Shown here piece by piece: positions 54,944 to 64,000 of a DNA stretch of 64,000 nucleotides. The DNA is from Levilinea sp. (GTDB lineage: Bacteria; Chloroflexota; Anaerolineae; Anaerolineales; Anaerolineaceae): assembly GCA_029975215.1 (NCBI GenBank), contig JARKPO010000064.1, positions 11,536 through 75,535 of the forward strand. The letters run 5' to 3'. The stretch's first letter is position 1, and each line of letters starts with the position of its first letter. The notes below the pieces were generated by a model, which did not search any database, was not told the DNA's origin, and saw nothing but the letters and a program-made list of their open reading frames with translations. A program made the position numbers and the translations under genes.

Positions 54944-55668
54944 GCCGCCCCCTTCTGCCCCGGGGCGGCGCGCAGCGCCTGACGGTAAAAGCTTAAAAGC
55001 CCTTCCGGCGGCAGCGCCTCGGCCGCAGCCGAAGCCACAATCACCCCGCGCGAAAGCACGTCAAAGCGCGTGGCCAGTTCCTCAGTCCGTGCCAAATCGT
55101 GAGAGGTCATCACCACCGTCTGGCCCTGTCCGGCCACATCCCGCAAAATCGCATCCAGCATCTCGCAGGCGTCCTGATCCAACCCCGTGTGCGGCTCATC
55201 CAGCAAAAGCACATCCGGCTGGTGAATCAACGCGCGCCCAATCGCCAGGCGCTGCTGCATTCCGCGGGAAAAGGTTCGCACCAGGTCGCGGCGGCGCTCG
55301 GCCAGTCCCACCCGTGCCAGCAGCTCGCTCACGCGGCCTTCCAGCCCGTCCAGGCCGTACAGCCGCCCGTAAAAGCGCAAATTTTCCTCAGCAGTCAAAT
55401 CTCCATACAGCAGCGGCAGGTGCGAAACCACCCCCAGCCGCTGGCGTACCGCGGCAGCCTGCTGCGGCAGCAGGTAGCCGTTTATGCGCACCTCGCCCAA
55501 AGTGGGGCGCGCCAGGGAAGCCAGAATGCGCAGGAAAGTGGTCTTTCCAGCCCCGTTCGGACCCAGCAAGGCCACAAATTCGCCCTGCTCCACGTGGAAA
55601 TCCAACCCGCGCAGCACGGTTTTCAGCCCAAATCGTTTGACTAGCCGCCGAACTTCAATCACAAGCAC
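54940..55668 (-). CDS. ccmA: Heme exporter ATP-binding protein
   Basis: GPNGAGKTT, FSRGMQQR, LLLDEP; next to ccmB. Confidence 0.92.
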   Translation of the reverse strand: MLVIEVRRLVKRFGLKTVLRGLDFHVEQGEFVALLGPNGAGKTTFLRILASLARPTLGEVRINGYLLPQQAAAVRQRLGVVSHLPLLYGDLTAEENLRFYGRLYGLDGLEGRVSELLARVGLAERRRDLVRTFSRGMQQRLAIGRALIHQPDVLLLDEPHTGLDQDACEMLDAILRDVAGQGQTVVMTSHDLARTEELATRFDVLSRGVIVASAAAEALPPEGLLSFYRQALRAAPGQKGAA

Positions 55669-55686
55669 CCCACGATGGTATCCATG

Positions 55687-57588
55687 CTATTCGGCCGTCT
55701 TCAGCTTCGCCAGACGCGCCTTTAGTTCTGCCCGGCGGGTCTGATAAGCCTCTTCCGGCAGTTCGCCCTCACGGTACAGATCGTCCAGGGCGATGATGGC
55801 GTCCATCAGGCTTTCCGCGCTGTCCGCTTCCTGGCTCTTCTCCACCCCTTCCGCCGCGGGTTGGTTGGCCTTGCGCTGACGGCTAACCCACAGGATGGCC
55901 CCCGCCAAAGTCAGCAAAAAGACGCCTGCGCCGATGAGAATTTGCCCCAGGCTGCTGCGGCTAATGCCCGCACCGCTGCCTGGCCGTCCAGAAAGGTTCA
56001 GTTCCAGCACGCTGCCCGCCTCCAGCCCGCGCCGATTGTAGAAGTGGAACATCTGTCCCTGCACTTCGCGTTGACCGGCATCTTCCAGGCCTTCGCCCGA
56101 AAGGCGCACCCCATCCGTGGGCAGCGCCAGAATCACCGCGCCCACCTGCAGCGGCTGCGGCAGAGACAGCTTCAGCTTTTTATTGTAGGGCAGATCATAG
56201 GCAAACAGCAGTTGATGCTGCATGGGCTGGGGGAAAATGCTGGTGCGGTCGCCGAAGCCTTTTTCGGTCTGCACAAAGCGCTCACCCAGGGTGCCTTCTT
56301 CAAATTGCAGGTTTTCCGCCCCTTCCGGCAGTTCAAATTCCACCACCGGCTGTCCCTCTTCGGCCGCGGTGATCACGCGGTCGGTCAGATTGCTGATGAT
56401 GTACAGGGACACCACCTGCATTTTGGTCGGGTCGCTGAAATCAAAGAAAATGTGCAGCCGGTCCGCCGACAGCCCGCTGGTGTCGGTGCTCTTGTCAAAG
56501 ATCTGCACCGGCAGGCTCACCGCCGCCCCGTTCTCCACCTCCGCCGCGCGCAGCAGGTCCGAGGTGAACACGAAACCTTCGTAGTTCACCGAAGCCAGAT
56601 ACACGCGGTCGCGCGGCAGTTCTACATTCTCAAAGCGGAAGCGTCCCAGCGCGTCCGTCACCGCCGCCCGGGTTTCCACCAACTGCATATTCTCATACGC
56701 GCTCAGGGTCACATCCAACCCGGCGGGGACTGCCCCCCCAGAGCCGTTTTCCACCTGGCCCTCAACCAGCGCATGGGCTGCCGGTGCAGGCTGATCCTGC
56801 GGGTCGCTGGTGGGGCTATTGGGCGTGGCCTCACCCTGAGGAGCTTCCCCGCTGGCCACTGTGCCGCGCTGCTGCTGGTAACCCAACGTGCGCACAAAGC
56901 CCGCCACCGCCCACAATTCCTTCTCATTCAATTTTTCGGCAAAGCCGGGCATCTGGCCCACGCCCTCGGCCGCAGCAGTATAAATCTCATCCAACGTGAC
57001 CAACGGCAGCACTGCCGGATCGCCCCAATCGGGTACGGAAACGTCTGTCTGCCCGGCGCGCCCGTTAGCCCCGTGACAGCCGGAACAGTTTTCCATATAC
57101 AGCACCATGCCCGCCGCCAGCTCTTCTTGCGGCAGACTCAGGCTGAGACTGTAAGCCACCACATCCCAGCGTTCGCGGTCGCTCAGGCTCTGGCTAAAGG
57201 GCGGCATCATTTTTTCCAGACGGCCGTTGGTCACCACCTGATACCAATCCGCCGCAGATGCCTGGCGGGCCACTTCGGGCAGGCCAATTTGCGGCGGACG
57301 AGTGGGCAAATTGCCCGACTGTTCTCCGTCGCTCAGGCCGGTCAGCCCGTGGCAGGCGGCGCACTTGACCGCAAAAATAGCCCTACCCGCCGCAGGATCG
57401 GGCAGCGCCACCGGGAACACCGTCTCTACTCGCTCCGGAACCGGCGTGGCGGGCGGCTGATAGTCTGGCGGCGGGGTCACATCTGCCGCCAGCGAAACCC
57501 CACACCCGCTCAGCATCCAACCCAATACCGCAGCCCCCATCCACAGCCCAATGCGGGCCTTCTTCAAGCCGTTCCAGAAGTCGTTCAT
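55687..57588 (-). CDS. Diheme cytochrome c lipoprotein with Ig-like domains and C-terminal TM
   Basis: Lipobox MLSGC, CAACH and CSGCH each followed by an MP motif, C-terminal TM and LDDLYREGELPEEAY tail. Confidence 0.8.
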   Translation of the reverse strand: MNDFWNGLKKARIGLWMGAAVLGWMLSGCGVSLAADVTPPPDYQPPATPVPERVETVFPVALPDPAAGRAIFAVKCAACHGLTGLSDGEQSGNLPTRPPQIGLPEVARQASAADWYQVVTNGRLEKMMPPFSQSLSDRERWDVVAYSLSLSLPQEELAAGMVLYMENCSGCHGANGRAGQTDVSVPDWGDPAVLPLVTLDEIYTAAAEGVGQMPGFAEKLNEKELWAVAGFVRTLGYQQQRGTVASGEAPQGEATPNSPTSDPQDQPAPAAHALVEGQVENGSGGAVPAGLDVTLSAYENMQLVETRAAVTDALGRFRFENVELPRDRVYLASVNYEGFVFTSDLLRAAEVENGAAVSLPVQIFDKSTDTSGLSADRLHIFFDFSDPTKMQVVSLYIISNLTDRVITAAEEGQPVVEFELPEGAENLQFEEGTLGERFVQTEKGFGDRTSIFPQPMQHQLLFAYDLPYNKKLKLSLPQPLQVGAVILALPTDGVRLSGEGLEDAGQREVQGQMFHFYNRRGLEAGSVLELNLSGRPGSGAGISRSSLGQILIGAGVFLLTLAGAILWVSRQRKANQPAAEGVEKSQEADSAESLMDAIIALDDLYREGELPEEAYQTRRAELKARLAKLKTAE

Positions 57589-58127
57589 ACCACCGTCCCA
57601 CAGCGCGAGCAGAATTGATCCGATTTTTGTACCGGCTTGCCGCAATTGGGGCAAAAACCAGCCGATTTTTCCTGGCGGCTGCGCCGCCGGGCGGCGATTT
57701 GCGCCTCTAGCTCGTCCATCTCCACTGCCGACTTGGACTTCGGCTGTGAGATGGGCGCAGCGCTGGCGGGCCGTACCGCCACAGCATTTTCCAGGCGCTC
57801 TTCTGCGCTGGCCGCGTGGGTTTCGCCATTCAGCGCGTCCAATTGGCGCAGCACATTAGCTGCCTGCTGCATCAAATACGCGCGCTGCACGGGGTAGTCC
57901 TCCGCGGGGATCTTGCCCAAGGTCTGGTCAAAATCCAACTCGCGCAGGGCCGTCAGCAGCCGGTCGCGTTCTGCCAGCAGACTGGAGCGCACATGCTCCT
58001 CCTGCAAATGGGCTTTGCGCTCTACCAGGGGCTTGTTCTCCGCCCCACGCTCAAAAAAAGGCCGGCTGACAAACATCATCACCAGCACAGCCAAAGAACC
58101 AATTAATAAAATGGAACCAAAATCCAT
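57585..58127 (-). CDS. Membrane protein with CcmI-like zipper and C-terminal zinc ribbon
   Basis: N-terminal TM, LRELDFDQTLGKIPAEDY, CPNCG...FCSRCG. Confidence 0.75.
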   Translation of the reverse strand: MDFGSILLIGSLAVLVMMFVSRPFFERGAENKPLVERKAHLQEEHVRSSLLAERDRLLTALRELDFDQTLGKIPAEDYPVQRAYLMQQAANVLRQLDALNGETHAASAEERLENAVAVRPASAAPISQPKSKSAVEMDELEAQIAARRRSRQEKSAGFCPNCGKPVQKSDQFCSRCGTVV

Positions 58128-58142
58128 AATCCGCCGCCGTTT

Positions 58143-58712
58143 CTAGTTGAGAACACTTTCCACCGCCGCCTGAATTTCAGCCAGCGAGGTGAATGGACCG
58201 ATCTTTTGATACACCAGTCGGCCTTCGCGGTCAATAATGTAAGTCTCCGGCACGCCGCGAATGCGGAATAATTGCGAGATGGTGGTGCGCAGATCCGGCC
58301 CGTTGGGGTAAGAGATGGAGAACTTCTCCAAATAGGCGCGCGCTTCCGGCTCCGTATCCACGTAGTCCACCCCCAAGAAAACCACATCCCCGCGCTCACG
58401 GTAGAGCTGCCAGGCCTGTTCCAGCTCAGCGGCTTCGGCCTCACAGGGGGTACACCACGAAGCCCAGAAGTTCAGCACAATCACCTTTCCGCGCATCTCG
58501 GCCGTGTGGTACGACTCACCGTCAAAGGTGGTCACCGAAAACGCCGGAACTTCCTGCCCAATCACAATTGGCCCCTGCTGCGCACGGCGCAGCCCCCAGG
58601 CAATCAGCGCCAAAAAACCAGCCAGGGCCAAAAAAGCCGCCGCCACCACCCAGAGAGGAAGCCGCCGCGGGCCGGGGGCCTCCCCCACGGTCTTGGGTTC
58701 TTCATGATTCAT
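58143..58712 (-). CDS. ccmG: TlpA/ResA/CcmG-type thiol:disulfide oxidoreductase
   Basis: TM anchor, LNFWASWCTPC, GVPETY. Confidence 0.88.
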   Translation of the reverse strand: MNHEEPKTVGEAPGPRRLPLWVVAAAFLALAGFLALIAWGLRRAQQGPIVIGQEVPAFSVTTFDGESYHTAEMRGKVIVLNFWASWCTPCEAEAAELEQAWQLYRERGDVVFLGVDYVDTEPEARAYLEKFSISYPNGPDLRTTISQLFRIRGVPETYIIDREGRLVYQKIGPFTSLAEIQAAVESVLN

Positions 58713-58744
58713 GCTCAATCCTCGCTCGCCGCTGCTTCCTCGGA

Positions 58745-59269
58745 TCACTCCGGGCGCTGCCGCAGTTCTTTTTCAATCTCCGCCAGGTACGGATCTGCTG
58801 CCGGGTCCACTTCCGCCGCCGGAGCCGCATTCGCCGCCAGTTTGCGCTGCGTGCGCCGCAGAGTCCGCGCCACGATGACCCCGCCCACCAGCAGCGTCGC
58901 CAGCGGCAGTACATACACCAGCCAGTTCAAGCCCCGGCGCGGCGGCTCGGCCAACACACGGTCGCCGTACTGCATGGCAAAGTACTCCTGAATCTGTTCG
59001 CGCGTCCATCCCGCCGCCAGTTTTTCGCGGATCAAATCCCGCCATTGGGCGCAGGCCTGCGTTCCGCACACATCCAGGGGGATGTTTTCACACACCGGGC
59101 AGTACAGCTCCTTGGCGACAGCGTTCACTTCGTCATCCGTGGGCGGTTCACTTTGGGCAGAAACCTGCCCCACCGCGCCCCAGGCCGCCGCCATCAGCAG
59201 CAGCAAAGCCCATCCCGCCGCCCACACGGCGCGCCTCTTCTGATTGCTCCACACGCTCTTGTTGTCCAT
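58745..59269 (-). CDS. ccmH: Cytochrome c biogenesis protein CcmH
   Basis: LYCPVCEN, YGDRVLAEPP, C-terminal TM. Confidence 0.9.
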   Translation of the reverse strand: MDNKSVWSNQKRRAVWAAGWALLLLMAAAWGAVGQVSAQSEPPTDDEVNAVAKELYCPVCENIPLDVCGTQACAQWRDLIREKLAAGWTREQIQEYFAMQYGDRVLAEPPRRGLNWLVYVLPLATLLVGGVIVARTLRRTQRKLAANAAPAAEVDPAADPYLAEIEKELRQRPE

Positions 59270-59283
59270 TCGCCCTGCCGTCC

Positions 59284-61350
59284 CTAATCGCCCACAGCGG
59301 CAGCTTTGACCACAGCGCGGCGCGCCGCCCGGCGCTCATCCAATTCCGGTTCTTTGCTCGGCCAGGCAGCCACCATCATCCCCACAATAAACACCATCCC
59401 ACCCAGCCACAGCCAGTTCACCAGGGGGTTCACATAGACTTTAAAGGTCGCGCTCTGCGTGGAGATGGGTTCCCAATCCACCAGCAGAATGTAAACATCA
59501 TCTTCCATCGTCGAGCGCAGGCCGGGGATGGTCATGGGCTGGCCCGAATCAAAGTAAAAATCGCGGCGCGGGTACAGCTCACCCACGGGTTTACCGTCGC
59601 GCGCCACAGCCATCACTGCGCGGGTCACGTTGCGCCCGTCCTCAGTGTCAAAAATGGCCAGCGAGCGGAAGGTCACCTCATAGCGCCCCAGCCGCAGGCT
59701 TTCGCCGCGCTGCAGCGTCCCCTGGGTTTCCGTCTGGAACATCTCAATCCCAATCACCCCCAGGGCCATCATCACCACACCCAGATGCACAATGTACCCG
59801 CCGTAGCGCCGGCGGTAACGCCCCACCAGCCGCCATAAAGCCACAAAGGGGCTTTCGCCTGTGCTGCGCATGCGCGCCCGCACCCCGCGGGTGTAATCGT
59901 AAACGGTCACCGTCACCACCAGCGCCACCAGCCCAAAGCCCGCCAGCGCCCAGGGGCTGCGCACACCGCTGGCAAACACCGCCCCCACCGCCGCCAGCGA
60001 GATCAGCGCCGGAAGCCAGAGGGCCTTGCCCAGCGTCTTGGCGGTGGAATGTCCCCAGGCCGAAAGCGGGGCTATGCCCATCAGCGCCAGCAGCGCCACC
60101 CACAGCGGCCCGGTAGCGCGTTCATAGAAGGGCGGTCCCACCGTCACCTTTTGACCGGTGAACAGCTCCGAAATCAGCGGGTAAATCATGCCCCAAAAAC
60201 AAACCGCCAGCAGGCCCATGAAGAGCAGGTTGTTGACCAGGAAGAGCGCTTCGCGCGACAGCAGCGAGGTCATCTGCCCCTCGTCGCGGAATTCGTTCCA
60301 GCGCCACAGCAGCAGCGCCAATGAAACAGCCGCCGACAGGGCTAAGAAGGTTAAAAACAGCGGACCAATGGAACTTTTTGCAAAGGCATGCACCGATGTC
60401 AGCGTGCCGGAGCGCGTCAAGAAGGTGCCCAAAATCACCAGGAGATAGGTGAGGATGATCAGGATCATGTTCCAGCGTTTAAACATGCCCTTCTTTTCCT
60501 GAATCATCACCGAGTGCAGGAAAGCCGTGCCCGAAATCCACGGGTTGAGCGCGGCAATTTCCACCGGGTCCCAGGCCCAATAGCCGCCCCAGCCCAAAAC
60601 GTCATAGGCCCAGCGGCTGCCCAAAATCAATCCCAGGGACAGAAACAGCCAGGCCACCAGAGTCCAGCGCCGCGTCACGCGGATCCAGCGGTCATCGCTG
60701 CGACCGGTGATCAGCGCCGCGATGCCAAAGGCAAAGGGGATTACAAACGACACAAAGCCCAAATACAGCATGGGCGGGTGAATGATCATGCCCGGATGGC
60801 GCAGCAGCGGGTTCAGCCCGCGGCCGTCCGGCGGCGAAATGGGCAGCGCGCCAGCTGGTTGAAACAGCGCCACCACCTGCTGGCCCCCAGCCGTCTGCCA
60901 GAAGCGCTCAAAGGGGTTTTCCAGGAAGACGCTCATCCCCAGGAAAAACGCCAGGGTCACCAACGACACCACAATCACCCACGGCTGAAACTCCCGGTCG
61001 CGGTCCCAGCGCCGCAGCATCACCGCCGAGGCAAAAGCCGCCAGCAGCCACGACCAGAACAGCAAAGACCCGGCCTGCCCGCCCCACAGCGCCGTGATCT
61101 TGAGATACAGCGGCATGATGCTGCTGGTGACGTTGTACACATACTGCACCTGGTAATCGCCGCGCACCAGCAAAGCCACCAGCGCCAGAGCCGTCAGCGT
61201 GATCAGCGGAAAGGTTAACAGCATGGCAGCCCGGGCGCTTTCCACCCAGGCCAATGAATTTTTACGCGCGCCAAATACGGCCGCGCCGATGCCGTACAGG
61301 GAAATAACAAACGCAAGCAGAAGCGCCCCAAAGCCAAAGTTTGCCAGCAT
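59284..61350 (-). CDS. ccmF: Heme lyase CcmF
   Basis: WGGQAGSLL, GLNPLL, HPPMLYLG, WAYDVLGWGGYWAWDPVE, SVHAFA, NPLVNWLW. Confidence 0.96.
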   Translation of the reverse strand: MLANFGFGALLLAFVISLYGIGAAVFGARKNSLAWVESARAAMLLTFPLITLTALALVALLVRGDYQVQYVYNVTSSIMPLYLKITALWGGQAGSLLFWSWLLAAFASAVMLRRWDRDREFQPWVIVVSLVTLAFFLGMSVFLENPFERFWQTAGGQQVVALFQPAGALPISPPDGRGLNPLLRHPGMIIHPPMLYLGFVSFVIPFAFGIAALITGRSDDRWIRVTRRWTLVAWLFLSLGLILGSRWAYDVLGWGGYWAWDPVEIAALNPWISGTAFLHSVMIQEKKGMFKRWNMILIILTYLLVILGTFLTRSGTLTSVHAFAKSSIGPLFLTFLALSAAVSLALLLWRWNEFRDEGQMTSLLSREALFLVNNLLFMGLLAVCFWGMIYPLISELFTGQKVTVGPPFYERATGPLWVALLALMGIAPLSAWGHSTAKTLGKALWLPALISLAAVGAVFASGVRSPWALAGFGLVALVVTVTVYDYTRGVRARMRSTGESPFVALWRLVGRYRRRYGGYIVHLGVVMMALGVIGIEMFQTETQGTLQRGESLRLGRYEVTFRSLAIFDTEDGRNVTRAVMAVARDGKPVGELYPRRDFYFDSGQPMTIPGLRSTMEDDVYILLVDWEPISTQSATFKVYVNPLVNWLWLGGMVFIVGMMVAAWPSKEPELDERRAARRAVVKAAAVGD

Positions 61351-61356
61351 GATCGC

Positions 61357-61887
61357 CTACTTTCCAGTCTGCTCAGGGACCGCCTCTTCGTACTTGGTCG
61401 GGCATTTCAGCAGCAGCTCTTCTGCATAAAAGACCCCATCCTCGCCCAGCTTGCCGGTCATAATGGCCTGGGCCTCGTTTTTCAGCAGATCTGGCTTCAC
61501 GCCCTCGTACACCACCTGCATACGCGGCAGGCTGGAATCCTGCGCGGCCTGTTTGAGCACCGTGGCCATGCCGCCCAAACGCTCAATTTCCTTATGATCG
61601 CCCGGAATATGCGCCACGCTGAAGCGGATGGTCAGGTTCTGGGGGTCGGATTCAATCGTGTCGCCCAAAACCACGCCGGAAACACGCACCTCGCGCCCCT
61701 GCATCTCGCCCGCGCGCGCCTTCAGCTCCTCTACCGTTAAGAAATACTGTGCTCCTGCACTGGTTGAAGAGACAATCAAATACACAATCGCCGCAAAAAT
61801 GAGAACTGCACCCACAATAAACTTTGCCCGCCCACCCGATCGTGCTGGAAGAGCTGCTTGAGGCTGTGTCACCGGAGTTGCATCCAT
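61357..61887 (-). CDS. ccmE: Heme chaperone CcmE, CxxxY variant
   Basis: TM anchor, VRVSG, YEGVKPDLLK, LLKCPTKYE. Confidence 0.92.
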   Translation of the reverse strand: MDATPVTQPQAALPARSGGRAKFIVGAVLIFAAIVYLIVSSTSAGAQYFLTVEELKARAGEMQGREVRVSGVVLGDTIESDPQNLTIRFSVAHIPGDHKEIERLGGMATVLKQAAQDSSLPRMQVVYEGVKPDLLKNEAQAIMTGKLGEDGVFYAEELLLKCPTKYEEAVPEQTGK

Positions 61888-61962
61888 ATCGCTCTCTACC
61901 TCCAATCGTGAATACCCGAACAAGTCACAGAATATCTGTATTTTACCGTCATTTTGTCTGAT

Positions 61963-62063
61963 TTAGATTAATCTTGGATGAGAGGGTAACTTCGCCAGCT
62001 TGAAAGGAAATTGCAAGGTGCTTTGATTAAGATTGCATGAGATTAGATTAATTAAAGATGAGA
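61963..62063. promoter_or_regulatory. Two 21-bp direct repeats in the ccm / multiheme cytochrome divergent region
   Basis: TTAGATTAAT-CTTG-GATGAGA (61963-61983) and TTAGATTAAT-TAAA-GATGAGA (62043-62063). Confidence 0.6.
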
Positions 62064-62311
62064 AATTAATGGTAAAATAATCCCAAATTGGATGGTTATT
62101 ATCTGTTGACATTTCACCGCACTCCCCTTCTTTCTCATTGTCCACGATACATCGCCATCCTGCCGCATCCTTCGGTGGAACCCACATCCACCAGCCCCGG
62201 AAGAAGCCGCCGGACGCCCCATGAGAGGAGGTGGTTAACGCAAGTTTGACAAGACCACGGAAATTGCGCTTTTTAGCTTGAACTGGTTGAAATCTACGAG
62301 GAGAATGATTT

Positions 62312-64000
62312 ATGCAGCGAACAACCAAACTCATAGCGTTGACGGGTGTGCTGGTGCTGCTGGCCTTCGGCCTGATCGGCGCAGGCGCAGCGCAAACTGC
62401 CGCCGCCACACCCACCCCGGTGCCCACGGTCGTAAAGACCCTGCCGCCGGTTGTCGTCCCCTTTGAGGAAGAATGGAAAGCCTCAGGCCACGCGGCCTTT
62501 GACGCCCCTGCCTTCACCCACTGGGATACCGAATCGCCCGCCGAAATTCCGGCGACCTGTGCCAAGTGCCACAGCTCCGGCGGCTTCCTGGATTACATTG
62601 GCACTGACGGCAGTGCTGCCTTCGCCGTCGATAAACCCGCCGCCATCGGCTCGGTCATCTCCTGTACCACCTGCCACAGCGGCACCAAGCTCGACACCGT
62701 GAAATTCCCCTCCGGCGTTGAGCTGACCGGCCTGGGTTCCGAAGCGGTGTGCATGACCTGCCACCAGGGCACGGCCTCCAAAGCCACCGTGGATGAAGCC
62801 ATCGCCAAGGCTAAGCCCAAGGACGATGACACCCCCGTGGCCGAGATGGGCTTCACCAATATTCACTACTTCGCCGCTGCCGTCACCCGCTATGGGACGG
62901 TGGTCAAAGGCGGATATGAATATGAAGGCAAAGCCTACGACGCTCTCTTCGACCATGTGGAAGGCGTGCAGGCCTGCACCGACTGCCATGATTCGCACTC
63001 GCTGGAATTGAAGCTGGATACCTGCGCTGAATGCCACACCTCGGTCAAGACCGTGGCGGATGTGCGCAAGATCCGCTCCCTGGCTTCCACCGCCGATTAT
63101 GACGGGGACGGCAATGTGAAGGAAGGCGTGGCCGAAGAAATTGACGGCCTGCGCGCCATGCTCCTCACTGCCATCCAGGCCTATGCCAAAGAGGTCGCCG
63201 GCAGCCCCATTGTTTACGATTCCGCCGCCTACCCCTATTTCTTCATTGATACCAATGCCGATGGAAAAGCGGGCAAGGACGAGGCCATCTTCCCCAACAA
63301 GTACGCCTCCTGGACCGCCCGCCTGGAAAAGGCCGCCTATAACTACCAGATGTCCGTCAAGGACCCCGGCGCCTACGTTCACGGCGGCAAGTACATCATC
63401 GAGCTACTCTACGACTCGATCGAAGACCTGAACACCAAGCTCGCCAAACCGGTGGACCTTTCCAAGGCCAAACGCATCGACGCCGGCCACTTCGCTGGTT
63501 CTGAAGAGGCCTTCCGCCATTGGGATGAAGACGGTGTCGTTCCGGGCGATTGCGTCAAGTGCCACACCGGCGCCGGCCTGCCCCAGGCGATCAAAGAAGG
63601 CGTCAACACCTCCATGGCTCCCTCCAACGGGCTGATGTGCGAGACCTGTCACAACGACCTCACCAAGTTCACGCGCTTCGTCCAAAAGGAAGTCACCTTC
63701 CCCTCCGGCGCCAAGGTCTCCTTTGGCGAGACTGCGGACGATAACCTGTGCTTGAACTGCCACCAGGGCCGCGAAAGCACCACCAGCGTTAACAAAGCCA
63801 TCGCCGGCATGGACGCTGACACAGTCTCCGATAAACTTGGCTTCCGCAACGTGCACTACTTCGCCGCAGGGGCCACTCTCTTCGGCACCGAAGCCAAGGG
63901 CGTCTACGAATACGCGGGCAAGACCTACGTAGGCAAGTTCAACCACGACGGCAAGCTCAACACCTGCACCTCCTGCCACGACACCCACGCGCTGGAAGTC
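62312..64000 (+). CDS. Secreted multiheme cytochrome c with tandem repeated module (runs off window edge)
   Basis: Not in ORF track. ATG 62312, signal peptide, then CAKCH, CTTCH, CMTCH, CTDCH, CAECH, CVKCH, CETCH, CLNCH, CTSCH. Confidence 0.93.
   Translation, partial: MQRTTKLIALTGVLVLLAFGLIGAGAAQTAAATPTPVPTVVKTLPPVVVPFEEEWKASGHAAFDAPAFTHWDTESPAEIPATCAKCHSSGGFLDYIGTDGSAAFAVDKPAAIGSVISCTTCHSGTKLDTVKFPSGVELTGLGSEAVCMTCHQGTASKATVDEAIAKAKPKDDDTPVAEMGFTNIHYFAAAVTRYGTVVKGGYEYEGKAYDALFDHVEGVQACTDCHDSHSLELKLDTCAECHTSVKTVADVRKIRSLASTADYDGDGNVKEGVAEEIDGLRAMLLTAIQAYAKEVAGSPIVYDSAAYPYFFIDTNADGKAGKDEAIFPNKYASWTARLEKAAYNYQMSVKDPGAYVHGGKYIIELLYDSIEDLNTKLAKPVDLSKAKRIDAGHFAGSEEAFRHWDEDGVVPGDCVKCHTGAGLPQAIKEGVNTSMAPSNGLMCETCHNDLTKFTRFVQKEVTFPSGAKVSFGETADDNLCLNCHQGRESTTSVNKAIAGMDADTVSDKLGFRNVHYFAAGATLFGTEAKGVYEYAGKTYVGKFNHDGKLNTCTSCHDTHALEV

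Noticed and set aside
62110-62240. GC-rich hairpins (GGTGGA/TCCACC, CCGG/CCGG) upstream of the multiheme gene as a riboswitch
   Set aside because: No recognisable aptamer consensus or terminator; the stems are short enough to arise by chance.
1-64000. tRNA, rRNA, IS elements, selenocysteine read-through or programmed frameshifts
   Set aside because: None recognised by eye; the identified genes read through without internal stops. tRNAscan, Infernal and ISEScan were not run.

Overview
GC-rich bacterial chromosomal window. Gene content and style (NBR1-Ig/CAP and TPTP-linker lipoproteins, a C-terminal YLPxI motif, two group-1 sigma factors, yacL-cysS-rlmB) suggest Chloroflexota, probably Anaerolineae; this is inference. 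From left to right it holds: nuoA-G (complex I, nuoG runs off the left edge); a 1682-aa secreted protein fusing a chagasin-like inhibitor, a papain (C1A) domain and a clostripain (C11) domain; dnaG and rpoD separated by a lower-GC alpha/beta-hydrolase; a tungsten AOR operon with a Moco/Tuco-type riboswitch; comM, yacL, cysS, rlmB, ferritin, P450, a CDF transporter, a second sigma-70, yceD and rdgB; a Tad pseudopilin trio; a variant ccm operon with a CxxxY CcmE; and a tandem-domain multiheme cytochrome c running off the right edge. The standout is a compact, intact ~8.7-kb module (36380-45054) of phage head and packaging genes: terminase, portal, a protease-capsid fusion, holin-like genes, an adaptor-like gene and a fibre-like gene. 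It has no recognisable integrase, replication, repressor, tail tube, tape measure or endolysin gene. It carries a LexA-type SOS box, an upstream palindrome and an internal terminator. It is a candidate domesticated, SOS-linked gene-transfer-agent-like capsid system. All calls come from reading motifs by eye; no database searches were run.
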